Source: Pocillopora damicornis (lineage: Eukaryota). From it: 64,000 nt of DNA. Position numbers and translations under genes: made by a program. Where the stretch lies: NCBI RefSeq assembly GCF_003704095.1, contig NW_020847747.1, positions 434,001 through 498,000 of the forward strand. Reading direction: 5' to 3'. Under the pieces are notes generated by a model, which was not told where the DNA came from, made no database searches, and worked only from the letters and a program-made list of their open reading frames with translations. Numbering within the stretch: position 1 is the stretch's first letter; each line of letters begins with the position of its first letter. Shown here in pieces: positions 26,711-38,469 of the stretch.

Positions 26711-29700
26711 ATGGCGGCCGTGTTCGTTCCCTTGCGGCGCGGAATAAGAGAACTTTCTGGGAAAACATCGTCCGTAAGGTTTCCTTTTCACAGGTAGTAC
26801 GTATAGATTTTTCATTTTCAGACAAGATAGATTTTAAGGCGTTAGAAACGACTCATTGCACGTGTACTGGTTTTGTTTACATGTGTTAGATCAAGATCAA
26901 GGCAGTTTCACCCACGAGAAAGAACTCCCGGCCAGAATGGAAGAACATCCGGAAAAAATGAAAATCAGCCCGAAATTTCAGACGATGTCAGTAAATTACG
27001 GATGATTGTGCGTCCTTTGGGGTTCACAGTGCTGGTATGTGATCCAAACATCAACCTCTTAAAAATTAGAATATGTCTTGAAGTTTTAAAGATGATCAAT
27101 ATCACCATTGAGAAGGAGGCTGGTGGTAAATTAATTAGTGCAAAGAACCATTTAGGATTAGTATGGCTGCAAACAATGACCAGGCCCAATTTGATATTTC
27201 ACAGGAGGGGGTTGGGGAAGGGGGGCAGGTGGCCGAGTATCTTTCTTTACTTTGCTTGAAATGCTGTCTTCCTCTGTAGGACTTCATAGCTCATTTTGTA
27301 CAGTATCAAAATAGTGAAGTATAGTAGCAGTTCTAAATTCAAGACCTGTAGAAGAATTCCATTGTCTTCATGTTCTGCTTCCAATTTGCAAAGGTTATCT
27401 TCTACTTTGGAGTTATTTACCTCTTACATAGTTTTTCTCTTCATAACTCTAGACAGGAGTAGTGAGCTTTGGAACATGTTCAATTATAAACTATGAACGA
27501 GTCAGAAATTTGTATGTGCAAGGAAAAAGAACAAACAAGTCTTCTTCTCATTCTTCCAAGTCATTTGACTTCCGCAATATGGTTTGTGTTCAATTTTTCA
27601 TTTAATTGATATGGTAGTGATATGGTGGCTTTTTCTTTAATCCTTCAATCCCTAAGAGTGACTAACTTCTAATTTCTCCTTACCTTATCACCCCTTAATC
27701 ACACGTTAAGGTCATGAGAATAAAGGAAATGATCACCATCTAAAGAGGCTCTGAATTGTTAAACAAATTCTCCTTATCAGCATCTTAAGAATTGTACAGA
27801 GAACAGTACTGAGATTATGCATACTGATGTTAGGGGTTAAAAGGTTATCTCCTGTTGACTTGTTGTTTTTTGTTTAGTTAAATAAATGGTGGAACTCTTT
27901 GCATGGAGGCTCAAAGACAGCAGCTGTGATTATCTTCATAAACACAGCAGTGCTTTTGTTATGGTATCAACCTAGATTACATTTGTTCATGTACAAGTGG
28001 TTTACAACATCTCCATTCTCAGGTCAGTCATCAATCAGTTGAAGATTTTTACAAGAAAAGAAAAAAAAAAGTGGTACAGGACACCCAGCTGAGTGTGTCA
28101 CCAATGTTCTTACCACATCTGGATGCTTTTTTGTTCAATCTATAACTGAACAGACCCACAGTAATATGGTATCAATTTGTTTTTCCTTCAAAAACCAAAG
28201 TGTTGTTAATAGTGACTTCATCTGTGCATCTCTCCTCTAAAAGAGAAAAATGTTGTTGGTGGTAACATCCAAAACCAATCAAAGTGCATACATAATGCAT
28301 CTTATCATATAACATGATTTAACAATTCTTCGCATGATGAAGTTCATACTCTTATCTCCAGGCTCAAGTCTGACAATGCTGACATCTGTCTTTAGTCATA
28401 AAGAAATCTGGCATTTATCTATCAACATGTTTGTGCTCTGGAATTTTGCACCTCATTTAGAAGGTAAATAATCCAATAAACTGTGATATTTTTTCTTTGT
28501 TTTTTGTTTTGTTTTTCAGTGTTGGTATTTCATTTTAAGATACACAAATTTCAATACAATTTTCATTTTATATTTTGTATTTTGCCAAAATAACCATGAT
28601 ATTCTGGGACGATGCAATCCAAAACTTTTGATACACCTTTAAAAAGGTTGTATTTCTTTTACAGCTCTTCTTGGCAAAGAACAGTTTATTGCATTTTACA
28701 TTACTGGAGGTAAGCATATTAAAAATATCTCAAATTCATACTGTGAGAAACGGTTCACAACTTCTCCAAAAGTAGTCAACTGATGAGTTATGGAAAGAGA
28801 ATCTTGACCATGAATAGTCATTCTTTATGTGACATTTGCTCAAATGTATATTTTCCAGGTGTTTTTGCTTCATTCTTGAGTCAGGCATGCAGAATTGGTT
28901 TCACCAATGCATTTCGTGTAGGTGCTTCACTAGGAGCGGTAAGGATTCAAAGTTAAATTATCTTCACAGTCAGTTAGCCACTTGATCTGTCAGTTCATCG
29001 GTCAGTTGGTCAACCAGTCAGTCAGTCAGTCAGCCATTTAGTCAGTCAGCTAGTCAGTTGTTCAACCAGTCAGTCAGTCAGCCACTTAGTCAGTCAGCCA
29101 GTCATTCGCTCAGTCAGTCAGCTGCTCATTTGTTCAGCCAGCCAGCCAGTAGTTTAGTCAGTGAGTCAGTCAATCAGCCAGTCAGTCAGTCAGTCAGCCT
29201 GCAAATCAGTTGGTCACTTAGCCAGTCAGTCATTTTCCTACATGTTCTTACAGTTGGCCAGTCAGTAAGTCAGTTGGCCAGTCAGTAAATCATTGGTCAG
29301 TCAGTAAGTCAGTTTGCCAGTCAGTAAGTCAGTTGGCCAGTCAGTGAGTCAATTGGCCAGTCAGTGAGTCAGTTGGCCAGTCAGTGAGTCAGTTGGCCAG
29401 TCAGTGAGTCAGTTGGTCAATCAGTGAGTCAGTTGGTCAGTCAGTGAGTCAGTTGGTCAGTCAGTGAGTCAGTTGGTCAGTCAGTGAGTCAGTTGGCTAG
29501 TCAGTGAGTCAGTTGGCTAGTCAGTAAGTCAGTTAGTCATTCAGCAGTCATCTAGTCAAACAGACATACAGACGGTAAGGCTTAACTCCTTAAAATCCAC
29601 ATTTTAAAAACCACTTTTTGTTTGTTTCCTAGTCAGGGGCATTGCTTGCGTGTTTATCGCTTGTGTGCATCAATGAACCAGATTTGCGCTTGTCTATTGT

Positions 29701-30380
29701 GTTTCTGCCGTTTTTTACATTCCCTGCTGGAGTGGTAAGTAATAAGAAAGAAATCCTGAGGATGATTATTTTTTTGACCCTGTTTCTGATAACTCACTAA
29801 TCTATTTCGTTACAGTCGACAACACGTGACTGCTCATGGCGTCATTGACCCCAGGAGCGTCATGTGAATATCATGTCACGGGTGTTTCGTTTTCTCTCGT
29901 CCCCAGGGCCTCCTAGCTGTAGCTGGCTTTGACTTGCTAGGATTGTTGATGCGTTGGAGAGTGTTTGATCATGCGGCACATCTCGGTGGTGTTTTATTTG
30001 GGGCGTAAGTAGTTAACACAAATGATACGTGTCATTTTAATGCTGTTGCTACGAAGCTTACATTGTTAAAACGTTCCCAGCCATATTTGCACAGGAGGAA
30101 AACTACTTATTTTGGATTTGCAAGGAATTCTTGAAATTGCCAAGAGAAGTGGGTGTGTCCACTGCTACTCGATCAGTTTATTTTGTAATCCATCACTCTC
30201 TCACGTGAGCAAACTATTTGTAGTTGTTTTCTGCTACTTGTTCAACAGGAGCAAACTGTTTTCTTCTGGTATTCTCTCAACAGGCTATACCTAAAATACG
30301 GAAGTTATTATATTTGGCAGAAGCGTGGCTGGTTCGTTTCTGAGTGGCACAAGCTGCGAGAGGGAAGCAAAAGAACTTGA
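26711..30380 (+). CDS. PARL: Presenilin-associated rhomboid-like protease, mitochondrial
   Basis: Ten exons: 26711-26793, 26890-27034, 27453-27581, 27878-28022, 28362-28463, 28665-28709, 28859-28938, 29633-29734, 29907-30004, 30284-30380. Arg-rich presequence, LNKWWNSL, FSH..WHL..NMFVLW, catalytic SLGA|SG and DHAAHLGG motifs. Confidence 0.93.
27637..27847. mobile_element. TTAA-ended MITE, second subfamily
   Basis: About 210-bp unit (aagagtgact...aatttctccttac...aaggaaatgatcac...gcatactgatgttaggg) repeated at about 36021-36237 (reverse), 53672-53865 and 54830-55030. Confidence 0.75.
28960..29545. repeat. TCAG-based micro/minisatellite (20-bp higher-order unit AGTTGGYCAGTCAGTGAGTC) in PARL intron
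   Basis: Direct tandem repeats, regular 20-mers from about 29265 to 29535. Confidence 0.9.
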
Positions 30381-30752
30381 ATCCTGTAACATCTGTAGGA
30401 CGCATCTTCAGATCTTCTGTCTTAAATAAGAAGAAACGGGTCTGACTACGCAGAAAGCCTCTTATATGCGCACATGTTGGAAACTTTACCGTCTTGTTTT
30501 AAACGAGAGCTTTTTTCAAGAAAGACATCGATTTTGGTTTCCCGTGCAAAAGCGGCTCGCGATAGATCCCAGGGAGGGATGCCAAGGCTTTATTGTTTGC
30601 TTGATGTTACCGCCAACAGGCTTGTCTGTTTGATCAAAGGGGGAAGTTTCTAAAGATACTGTTATGCTGCGTCGGTGTGAGAGTGTAACAGGGTAATTTA
30701 GTATTGCCAACTGAGTTGATAACGTAAATTGGCCACCGTTAAGAGTTTCGAA

Positions 30753-30786
30753 GCTGACGTTTCGAGCGTTAGCCCTTCGTCAGAGC
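30753..30786 (-). ncRNA. Putative minimal type I hammerhead ribozyme motif
   Basis: Minus strand: GCT CTGACGA A GGGC taac GCTC GAAA C GTC AGC, with stem I GCT/AGC, stem II GGGC/GCUC and a GUC cleavage triplet. Confidence 0.6.
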
Positions 30787-30826
30787 GAATAAGGGCTCCC
30801 TAAAACCCCTCCCCTCCCCCCATTCA

Positions 30827-30859
30827 CTCTGACGAAGGGATAACGCTCGAAACGTCAGC
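30827..30859 (+). ncRNA. Putative minimal hammerhead motif (inverted partner, one stem II mismatch)
   Basis: CT CTGACGA A GGGA taac GCTC GAAA C GTC AGC. Confidence 0.5.
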
Positions 30860-31579
30860 TTGTAGACTCTTTACAGTGGCCAATTTACATTATCAACTCA
30901 GTTGACAAGACTGAATTACCTTGGTTGCTTGATTTACTTGAAAGATGACAAAGTCGTATAAAATTTGCGAGGAGAACTTATGGATGGTTTCTAATCCCGT
31001 ATTGCATCTTAGGACCTCGTCGGTCACTTGCACAGAATATTGACTCCCTTCCTGTATTTGATAATTCTGAAAATATGTTATTTTCAGCGCTAAGATGATC
31101 TGTCTTGAAACATAAGCTTTCACTGTTATACCGAGTATGCGCAAACCACTAATCTAAAAGAGATATGGGACGGGCCAATCTCGTTCTCAGCGCCACTCGG
31201 TTTTTCTTATGGTCTTTCGTGTCGCCGACCACGTGACCAAAGAAATGAGGACTCCTCAAATGAGAATGAGGTAAGGCGAGTTACAGCCGCCAGTGAGTTT
31301 TTTTTCTCCTTTACGTGAGGGAACACAGGACGCGATTGTCGCCTCGTCTCAATGTCCTGTCCTAGGCTCCAACCCCCTCTCATCAGCCCACGCTTTCCTT
31401 TGGATAACTCTTTATGTTTCATTATTTACTGGAAACGCAAATTTACGGAATCTAGCAGCTGTTTGTAAATGGCCAAGATCGTTTTCAAGGGAAAAAAACT
31501 AAAAAAGCATCGTTAATACATTCTGACAATATCAAACAAACAAACTTTTGAAGAAATGTAATTCGGTGTTATTAACTGA

Positions 31580-31720
31580 GTTGACGAGGGGAGAACGCTT
31601 GAAACTTTTAACAGTGGCCAATTTACGTTATCAACTCGGTCGATAATACAAAATTACCTTGTTATACTCTCCCACCGACGCAGCACCACGGCTTCTTTAG
31701 AAACTTGCCTCCTTTATTTG
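31580..31720. repeat. Degenerate copy of the same repeat family, reverse orientation to the 40.1-kb copy
   Basis: gtggccaatttacgttatcaactcgg...ccttgttatactctcccaccgacgcagcaccac is the reverse complement of the 40075-40155 sequence. The hammerhead core is eroded. Confidence 0.65.
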
Positions 31721-32674
31721 GAAGAAATGTACGAGTTTACTTTGACGAAGAAAACATGATGCGCTAAAGTATAAGTTCATTTCTTAAATTTAAGATCATT
31801 AAAATTATTGAAAAAAAATGACCAAAACTACCAATAGAAAAGCATTTTCTTGCTTCCGATGTGTGTGGTGTTTCATGGTTATCCCTTTTCATGACAATAG
31901 TAACAATAGCCGATTAGCTCTTGTTATAATTATTTTTCACTTCGTGGAGGATAAAGATTCGTTCATGCAAGAAGTTTTTTTAGTCGAGGAAGCCATTTCT
32001 GCCATCTGTCATATCTGAGAACAATATTTTCCATTCTTTGAATTTTTATTTTGAAAATGTAATCCAAAATGTTCTTCGGACGATGAGGAGAAAAGAAAAA
32101 GAGGCGCAGCTGGATTGGAGACCATGAATATAGAGACGAAAGCGGTATTCTTTAGGTGGCACCTCGTGGAAAAGGCCTTCGGAACTTTCCTCGCTCTAAC
32201 AAGTCCTTATTTAACTAGCGGCGTTTTATTCGGATAAAGAAACTCTTCCGCTGTGAATCGGCGAAGGAAAGCATTTCGATCACGTTCTGGAACAAGTGTG
32301 GATGTTCAATTTTAACGTGATACTTGTTATAACCCATTGCTATTGATAAAAGGTATTTTTTGATCAAGGAAATACAGCCAAACGGAACACGTGAAACATC
32401 AATAACAATTTTTTTTCATTCCTCTTCCATTCTTCTTTAGAACAAAGATACGTCCGATTACTGACGTAGATTAATCTTCTAAAGGCATCTGTATAACGCT
32501 GAAAGAGTCACAAGACTTGAGCAGATCGAAAAACAGGAATAGTTTCTCTGCATGGCTTTTTTCATGGCTTAATTTCCTCTTATCATCTATATCCATTCAC
32601 AGACCTAAATTCCATCGCGCAGTAATAACTTAAATGTATTTTTGACCGTGCTGGTAAGATACTTATCGCATATC

Positions 32675-34893
32675 ATGCCAGTCGATATCGGTTTCATCAC
32701 GGGAATCGTTATAAGCGGAATTATAATAATCGGTGTGATTGGAAACGTTATGACCTTATTCGTGATAATCCGTTACAAACCGTTACGGAATGAAACTGGA
32801 ATGTTTCTGGCAAATCTCGCTGTGGCAGATCTCTTGCAGTCGATCATTGGGATGCCTCTGATAGCTGCTTCAGCTTTTCACAAACTATGGCTGTTTGGTG
32901 AATCTCTTTGTGTAATAAGTGGGTTGACCAACTCGCTCTTCTGTGTGACATCTGTTTTGACGCTCACAGCAGTATCTGTTGATAGATGGCTATCAATTGT
33001 ATACCCACTCCAGTACAGAAATTGGTTGACTGTCAGAAGAGCAAGGTTTACATTGGTTTACATCTGGATACATGCTCTATTTGTGGCGATTCTTCCTGTG
33101 TTTGGTTGGTCAAGGTTTGTGAAATCAGTTGATTTTTATCTTCTAGATCTGGTCTGCATTTTTCTGGGCCTTCAACCATTAACTACGGTGTAAGCATTGA
33201 GCAATCATTTTTTTAGTGACCAATATTCGCGCAAAATTAAATTTTCCCCTCAGTTTAGCTTTTCATTCATTCATTCATTCATTCGAGAGTTCATCTTCCT
33301 TCTTCTGGGATGAATCAGCGATTTTCAAGCGCGCGTGCGTTTTCGACATATTGAACTGGGCCGAGAAATACCGAAACTCTTCCGTAACTTAACGCTCTAC
33401 AGAGAAACACATTTGTATTTTCAGCTAACTTCGATTCATGTTGTTGCAGGTATGTTTATTTGCCTTATGAGTTCATCTGTACAGTCCAATGGGAAAGCGA
33501 TAAGAGTTACACGATGTTTCTTAGCGCGACAAGTTTCGTGACACCCGTGATCGTCGTGGTGCTGTGTTACTCAAGTGTCTTGAAAACCGCTCGTCGTAAA
33601 GCGCGCGAGGAACCACGTGTCACGGTTGGCCGTTTTAGTGGGTCGAATGTGAAGCCTGGTACGAGTAGCACGGAAGAAGCTTTCGATAAAAATTGCGATA
33701 ATTCAGAAAAATATGTTCGCGGAAATGAAAATCATGTATTCATTTCAAATTCAAAGAAGAGGTGGGAGAAAAGTGTCTTTGAGGAATGTTATATCGGGCC
33801 GGAAAAATCAGAATCGACCTCACTTAAAATGGAAGAACACCGTGATGAGATTGAACGTGACTCTGAGCTGAGTTCGACATCTACGATTCGGAAAAAAGAA
33901 ACAAAGAGAAAATCCTCATCTAGAGTCGTTCCCTCGAGTACAAGTGGAGTGGCTCAATTAAATACTGTCGTAGCAGCCAAAGGTTGCTCTAAAATGGCTG
34001 GAAAAGGCAAACACCCCAAGAACTTTAGTACCTCTTCCTCTCGTAGAACTGGGGCGTCCCGTGTTAATAAAGTTGACGTCGCTGCACCGGTAATAAACCG
34101 CTGGACAGAGGATATCTCTCTAAGGAAGGATTCGACGGTTATTCCAGGAGAAACCGAGGGAAAGAGATACCCTCTTTCCCGAACAATAACAGCTACCGCC
34201 GGGTTGCCGGAACCCCTCGCTCGAATGCGCGGATGGATGAACGAGCGGAAAAAGGGAGACGGGCGACATAAGAGGTAAGTCTTGAGCCAATTACTTCAAC
34301 TTTTAAGTTGATCAGTGGACAAACCCTTGTTTCTGTTTGTTACCTTCCCTGTGCCCCTTGTTTGTTACCTCCCCTGTGCACCCTTCTTATCCCCTTCCAT
34401 AAAACTCTCCTTTGTTGTTGCTGAGGGTAAGGGTTCCAGTTGTGTTTTCCAACTGTGAAATAATTTCAAAAGTAGTACTGAAAAAGAATTAGTATTTCAA
34501 CCAATAAGTAGAAAAAATGGTCAAATGGTACCCCCCTCTCATCTTGTGATTTTTGACTTACGGTCGCCCACTGTAAGGAATAAACATTTTATCTTTAATG
34601 TGTTCTTTAGGAAGGAGATGAAGATCACGTTTATCCTGCTTGTGGTAAATGGCACGTTCCTTCTCTGTTGGTTTCCTCATTTTATTGGAATGATGTGTTT
34701 AACCTTTACAAACGGCTTGTGCCCATTCCCCGACAGTTACCACATCATCACCACCACGCTGGCTATGTTGAACAGCGGTTGCAACCCATTTATATATACC
34801 CTGACTTACCGGAAATTCAGAAGTGGGTTTCAGGCAGTAATTCCATGTTTTCGCTCTCATAACGCTGCTGAATTAGAAAATTCTGTGGATTAA
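32675..34893 (+). CDS. Class A (rhodopsin-like) GPCR, orphan, with very long third intracellular loop
   Basis: Exons 32675-33114, 33450-34274, 34611-34893. TM1 GN, TM2 NLAVAD, TM3 C...DRW, TM4 W, EL2 GWSRYVYLPYEFICTVQW, TM6 CWFP, TM7 NSGCNPFIY. Confidence 0.92.
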
Positions 34894-35757
34894 CCTTTCT
34901 GTTAACCCGCGAAAAAAATGTTCTCCTTCTAATAATGCAAAAAAATTTTAGCAGCTCTTCTGAATGGATAGGGACAATAGGCGAAAGTCTTCGCAAACAA
35001 CTGGTAGCATTACCTGCACGAAAAGCGTCACCAGTTCTCGCTCGTTCCTGCGACTTTCTGTGACCTCACCGTGGTAGATCTGGGAAGGACATTAGTAGTT
35101 GCTAGGACAACGTAACTGACAGTGATATTGAAATATCGTATAGAAGTCGTGTATTTTGAGACTGCAAACCTTTTTCGATCAATACGCCATGGAAAGCGAG
35201 CAGAACATTTTCCTCGGTTCACCATCGAGGTTATTCAGTCTTTGTTAAACCTCTCCCCATTGACTTCGATATAACAAATTGATCCGCGGTTGAGGGAATA
35301 AATCATTTAGACTGATGTCTCCGTTTGACAAGTGACATTTATATTGTTTCCTCAGAAGACTTATCAGGTATTTTGGCGCCATTCATGATGTTAATCCTTT
35401 TGGAATTTAAACGTTTAAAACAGTTTCCCAAAGTCAACATCAATTTTAGCCACGGATGAGCTTTTATAAGGACATCCAGGAAGACTTAATAAAGAAATTA
35501 TGACAAGGCTGCATTAAAGACACATTTTACGAGAGCTTTTCAATATTCGATGAATTTCTGTTTCCACGTAATCCGTGAGTTGATGTTCTTTCAGGCTTTT
35601 ATAGATCAAAACAAATTTGAAAAAAAAAATTTGCAAAGAAATTAATTAACACCTCGTTAGCAAGAGAAGATTCCAAAATTAATTACATTACTTAAGATCC
35701 TGAATTTGTCGGATGATATTAGTTGAATAAGAGGCACCAAGTGAAGCTCTGAGAAAA

Positions 35758-38052
35758 ATGTTTATTACAGTCGTTTATGGGGGTAAGTCTGCAACTTTAT
35801 CAGTGAAGGTATCTAGCAAACATAAGTGCAACATAAATGCAGCTTCTTTCATAGATGACTGAAAAAGTTATTAAGGATCTTCAAAGCAGACAGAAATTAA
35901 ACAAATATCTAAAAGGCTCTTCACATTTGAACTTTGTCAGGTAAAGAGGAGTACTCGTTAAAGTTTGGTATCATTAAGGGTTTCTGGAGTATAGTTTAGT
36001 CACGATATTTCAGTGAATACTTAAACTCTTTAAACCCTTTAGCACACCTCTGTATGTATTTTGGCCATACTGTTCTCTATAGATTTCGTTGTGAGCTGAC
36101 AAGGAGAATTTGTTTAATAATCAAGAGCTTCTTAAGTTGGTGATCATTTCCTTTATATTCATGATCTAAATGTTTGATTCAGGAGTGATATTGTAGGAAA
36201 AAATTAGATGCTAGTCGCTCATAGGGGTCCAAGGATTACCAAGTATAAATTTTGTGAAAAGGTCTTAGGAAACGTGTTTCAGCTGCAACGAGCTCCATAA
36301 CTGCTCAGAGTATTGGCCACTTAACCTTTCATAGAGGTATTGCTTTTCGCAGAACAAGAGGAAGTGCTATTTAACACCGATTGCAGGCTCAAGCTGTTGT
36401 TAGATTGTATCAAAAAGCTGTGCAAGTGTGAAATGCAAGGTGATTAAAATATAATATATGTGACAATCATATTTTGTTCCGACTCCAGGATTTTTCAAAT
36501 GAATGGGGGAGGGGTGGGTGGGGTCACACTTATGGATATCTGCGCACTTACGTGATGTGGCTCATATCGCCGCTCATCCTCGTGTAGCAATAGTCTAATG
36601 CGCATGCGGCAAGATGGGGCGGCAAATGTCAGCCAATCAAAACGCGAGATTTTTACAGGAGTTTTACATAGAATTTACATACTGTATACTTTTGCTGAAG
36701 TATTTCTTAAGAAATGGTTTGTCATGCGATAGATAACACCAAATGGTTAAAAATGAATAAAAAAGTAACGCCAATGCAGAAGCCGTGATGGATTCTGCCC
36801 CTTTTTTTTTCTCCAGCTGAAGTGGATCTGTGTGAAGTAACCGGTCATCCAAAATATCTGCAACATCAACCTCAAGAATCGTATGCCACAAACTTCTTAA
36901 AACCCAGAGAGAAATACGTCCTTATACAAATGGAAAGTAAGCTATGCTGTATTGTACTCCCATTGCGTGCCTACATTTTTTACGTCAACGTCCGCGAAAC
37001 GGACCAAGTGTTTGCCGAAAAAGAACTAGTTGTGTTTGTACTGGTAATTTTGTTACCTAAAATTGTTGTTGTTGTTAGTCAAACTCGAAACAGTCGGAAA
37101 TCTACCCTACTGTCAAAATTGGATGTTTTACTCGGTTATGGAACATTTGTGGATTATCATTGGAATCCCTGTAAATAAATGGTTTGAGTTTTCGTTTTCG
37201 AGTGAATTCCTATGTGGTTCTGCGAACTGCGTAATATGAATCCCTGACAAGGTTAATACTTACATTTCCAGGCATTTAGAATTTATTCTGAAAAAAGTTT
37301 AGGTACGTGATCTTGAATTTTTACTTGTAATTTTTCTTTTCAGGGGAAAATGGAAAATCCTTTTACAAACCTCTTCTTAGGGATAAATCTATTATCACTG
37401 ACCATTTTCTAGGTAAGAAAATGATCTTTATAATATCTTGTAAAACATATCGGGCCGGTCATTTACACGAGGTCTAACCCAAACCGCGATTTTGCGCAAG
37501 CAGTAAGCCTCATGTATTCTTTATAAGAGTTGTCTGAAATCAGATAAGTTTTATTTCCACTGCTAATTTTTGGTCCTCTTGACACAGTTCACAAAATAAA
37601 GTATACAGATAAGAGGCTCAGCTAAATTGTAGATAGCCTAGAGCACAGTTTTGTTAAACAACGGTTAAACTTTGTCTAAATAACCGGCCCATCATGTTGT
37701 AAACTTGGCCAGCTTTTACTGTTTTTGTTTCCCTCAAAACACAAGGGGTGGGGTGGGTAGTGAAGCGAAAATGAACTTCCCTAATAGTGTCTTTTACTTT
37801 GATAAAAACTATTACAAAGAGACCATTACTACTTCAATCTTACAGAAATAAGAGAGATGGTAAGGTTTTTTTTCTTTTTTCAATCTTGTTTTTTTCTTAG
37901 CGAGCTTGGAAAAAGATATGGCAGAGAGAGAAGTGAGTCGTTCACCCGGCGCTGATAGACTGCGAACAAAGAGAAATTCACTTAAACCTGGGCGAACTGG
38001 TACATCAGGAAAAACAAAACCGAGGGCGCTCTCGATGAACAAGAATTCTTAG
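35758..38052 (+). CDS. Small uncharacterised protein, CXorf65/C22orf15-like
   Basis: Five phase-1-joined exons 35758-35782, 36353-36439, 36817-36936, 37344-37412, 37901-38052 give MFITVVYGEQEEVLFNTDCRLKLLLDCIKKLC...VDLCEVTGHPKYL...YATNFLKPREKYVLIQME...YKPLL. This resembles the remembered CXorf65 pattern MFIxxxxG...NTxC...IDLCExTG...YAxxxL...Y. Confidence 0.8.
36021..36237. mobile_element. MITE copy (27.6-kb subfamily, reverse orientation) in CXorf65-like intron 1
   Basis: Reverse complement of the 27.6-kb unit (ccatactgttctctat...gacaaggagaatttgtttaa...ggtgatcatttccttt). Confidence 0.65.
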
Positions 38053-38469
38053 AAAATGCCTTTAATTTATCATATGATAGGATGCTCTGCTTCACAGCCA
38101 ATATCCTTGATGATTTGAATTCTTGGTGAAGAGGTGATATACCTCTAGCAAAGCAAATCGATTGAGCCCCCCCCTCCCCTCCCCCCATCTTACAATAGAC
38201 ATGGCAGTGATACTGCATATATAGTGTTCCAGGAGAGTATTGTCCAAATTAATCCCCTCCAACGGGAGACTTCTGAGTGGGTTGGTCTTCCTTAAAATGG
38301 ATCGTCTCAGAACATTTCGTCTTCCCTTGTTCCTTAAAATTTTGAAATCTCGACTTTTGAGGTCCAGGCTTGATAATTTCAAAGGAAGTTCGTAATAAAT
38401 AATATTCTGATCCGATTATCCGAGACGACACTTGGATGAAGTCTGTATGACCTTTCCGAATCCTAATTG

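Larger units (their letters stand above)
30630..30925. mobile_element. Dispersed repeat with inverted duplication and paired hammerhead motifs (Penelope-derived, non-autonomous)
   Basis: Arms about 30706-30790 and 30822-30909 are reverse complements. The same family recurs at about 31580-31720 (degenerate) and 40075-40206. Confidence 0.75.

Noticed and set aside
28960-29545. Regular repeat array as CRISPR, or ORF 29058-29288 as a gene
   Set aside because: No unique spacers, eukaryotic intron context, and the ORF is only a translation of TCAG repeats.
34740-34810. GPCR as a functional opsin
   Set aside because: The Schiff-base lysine position is Met.
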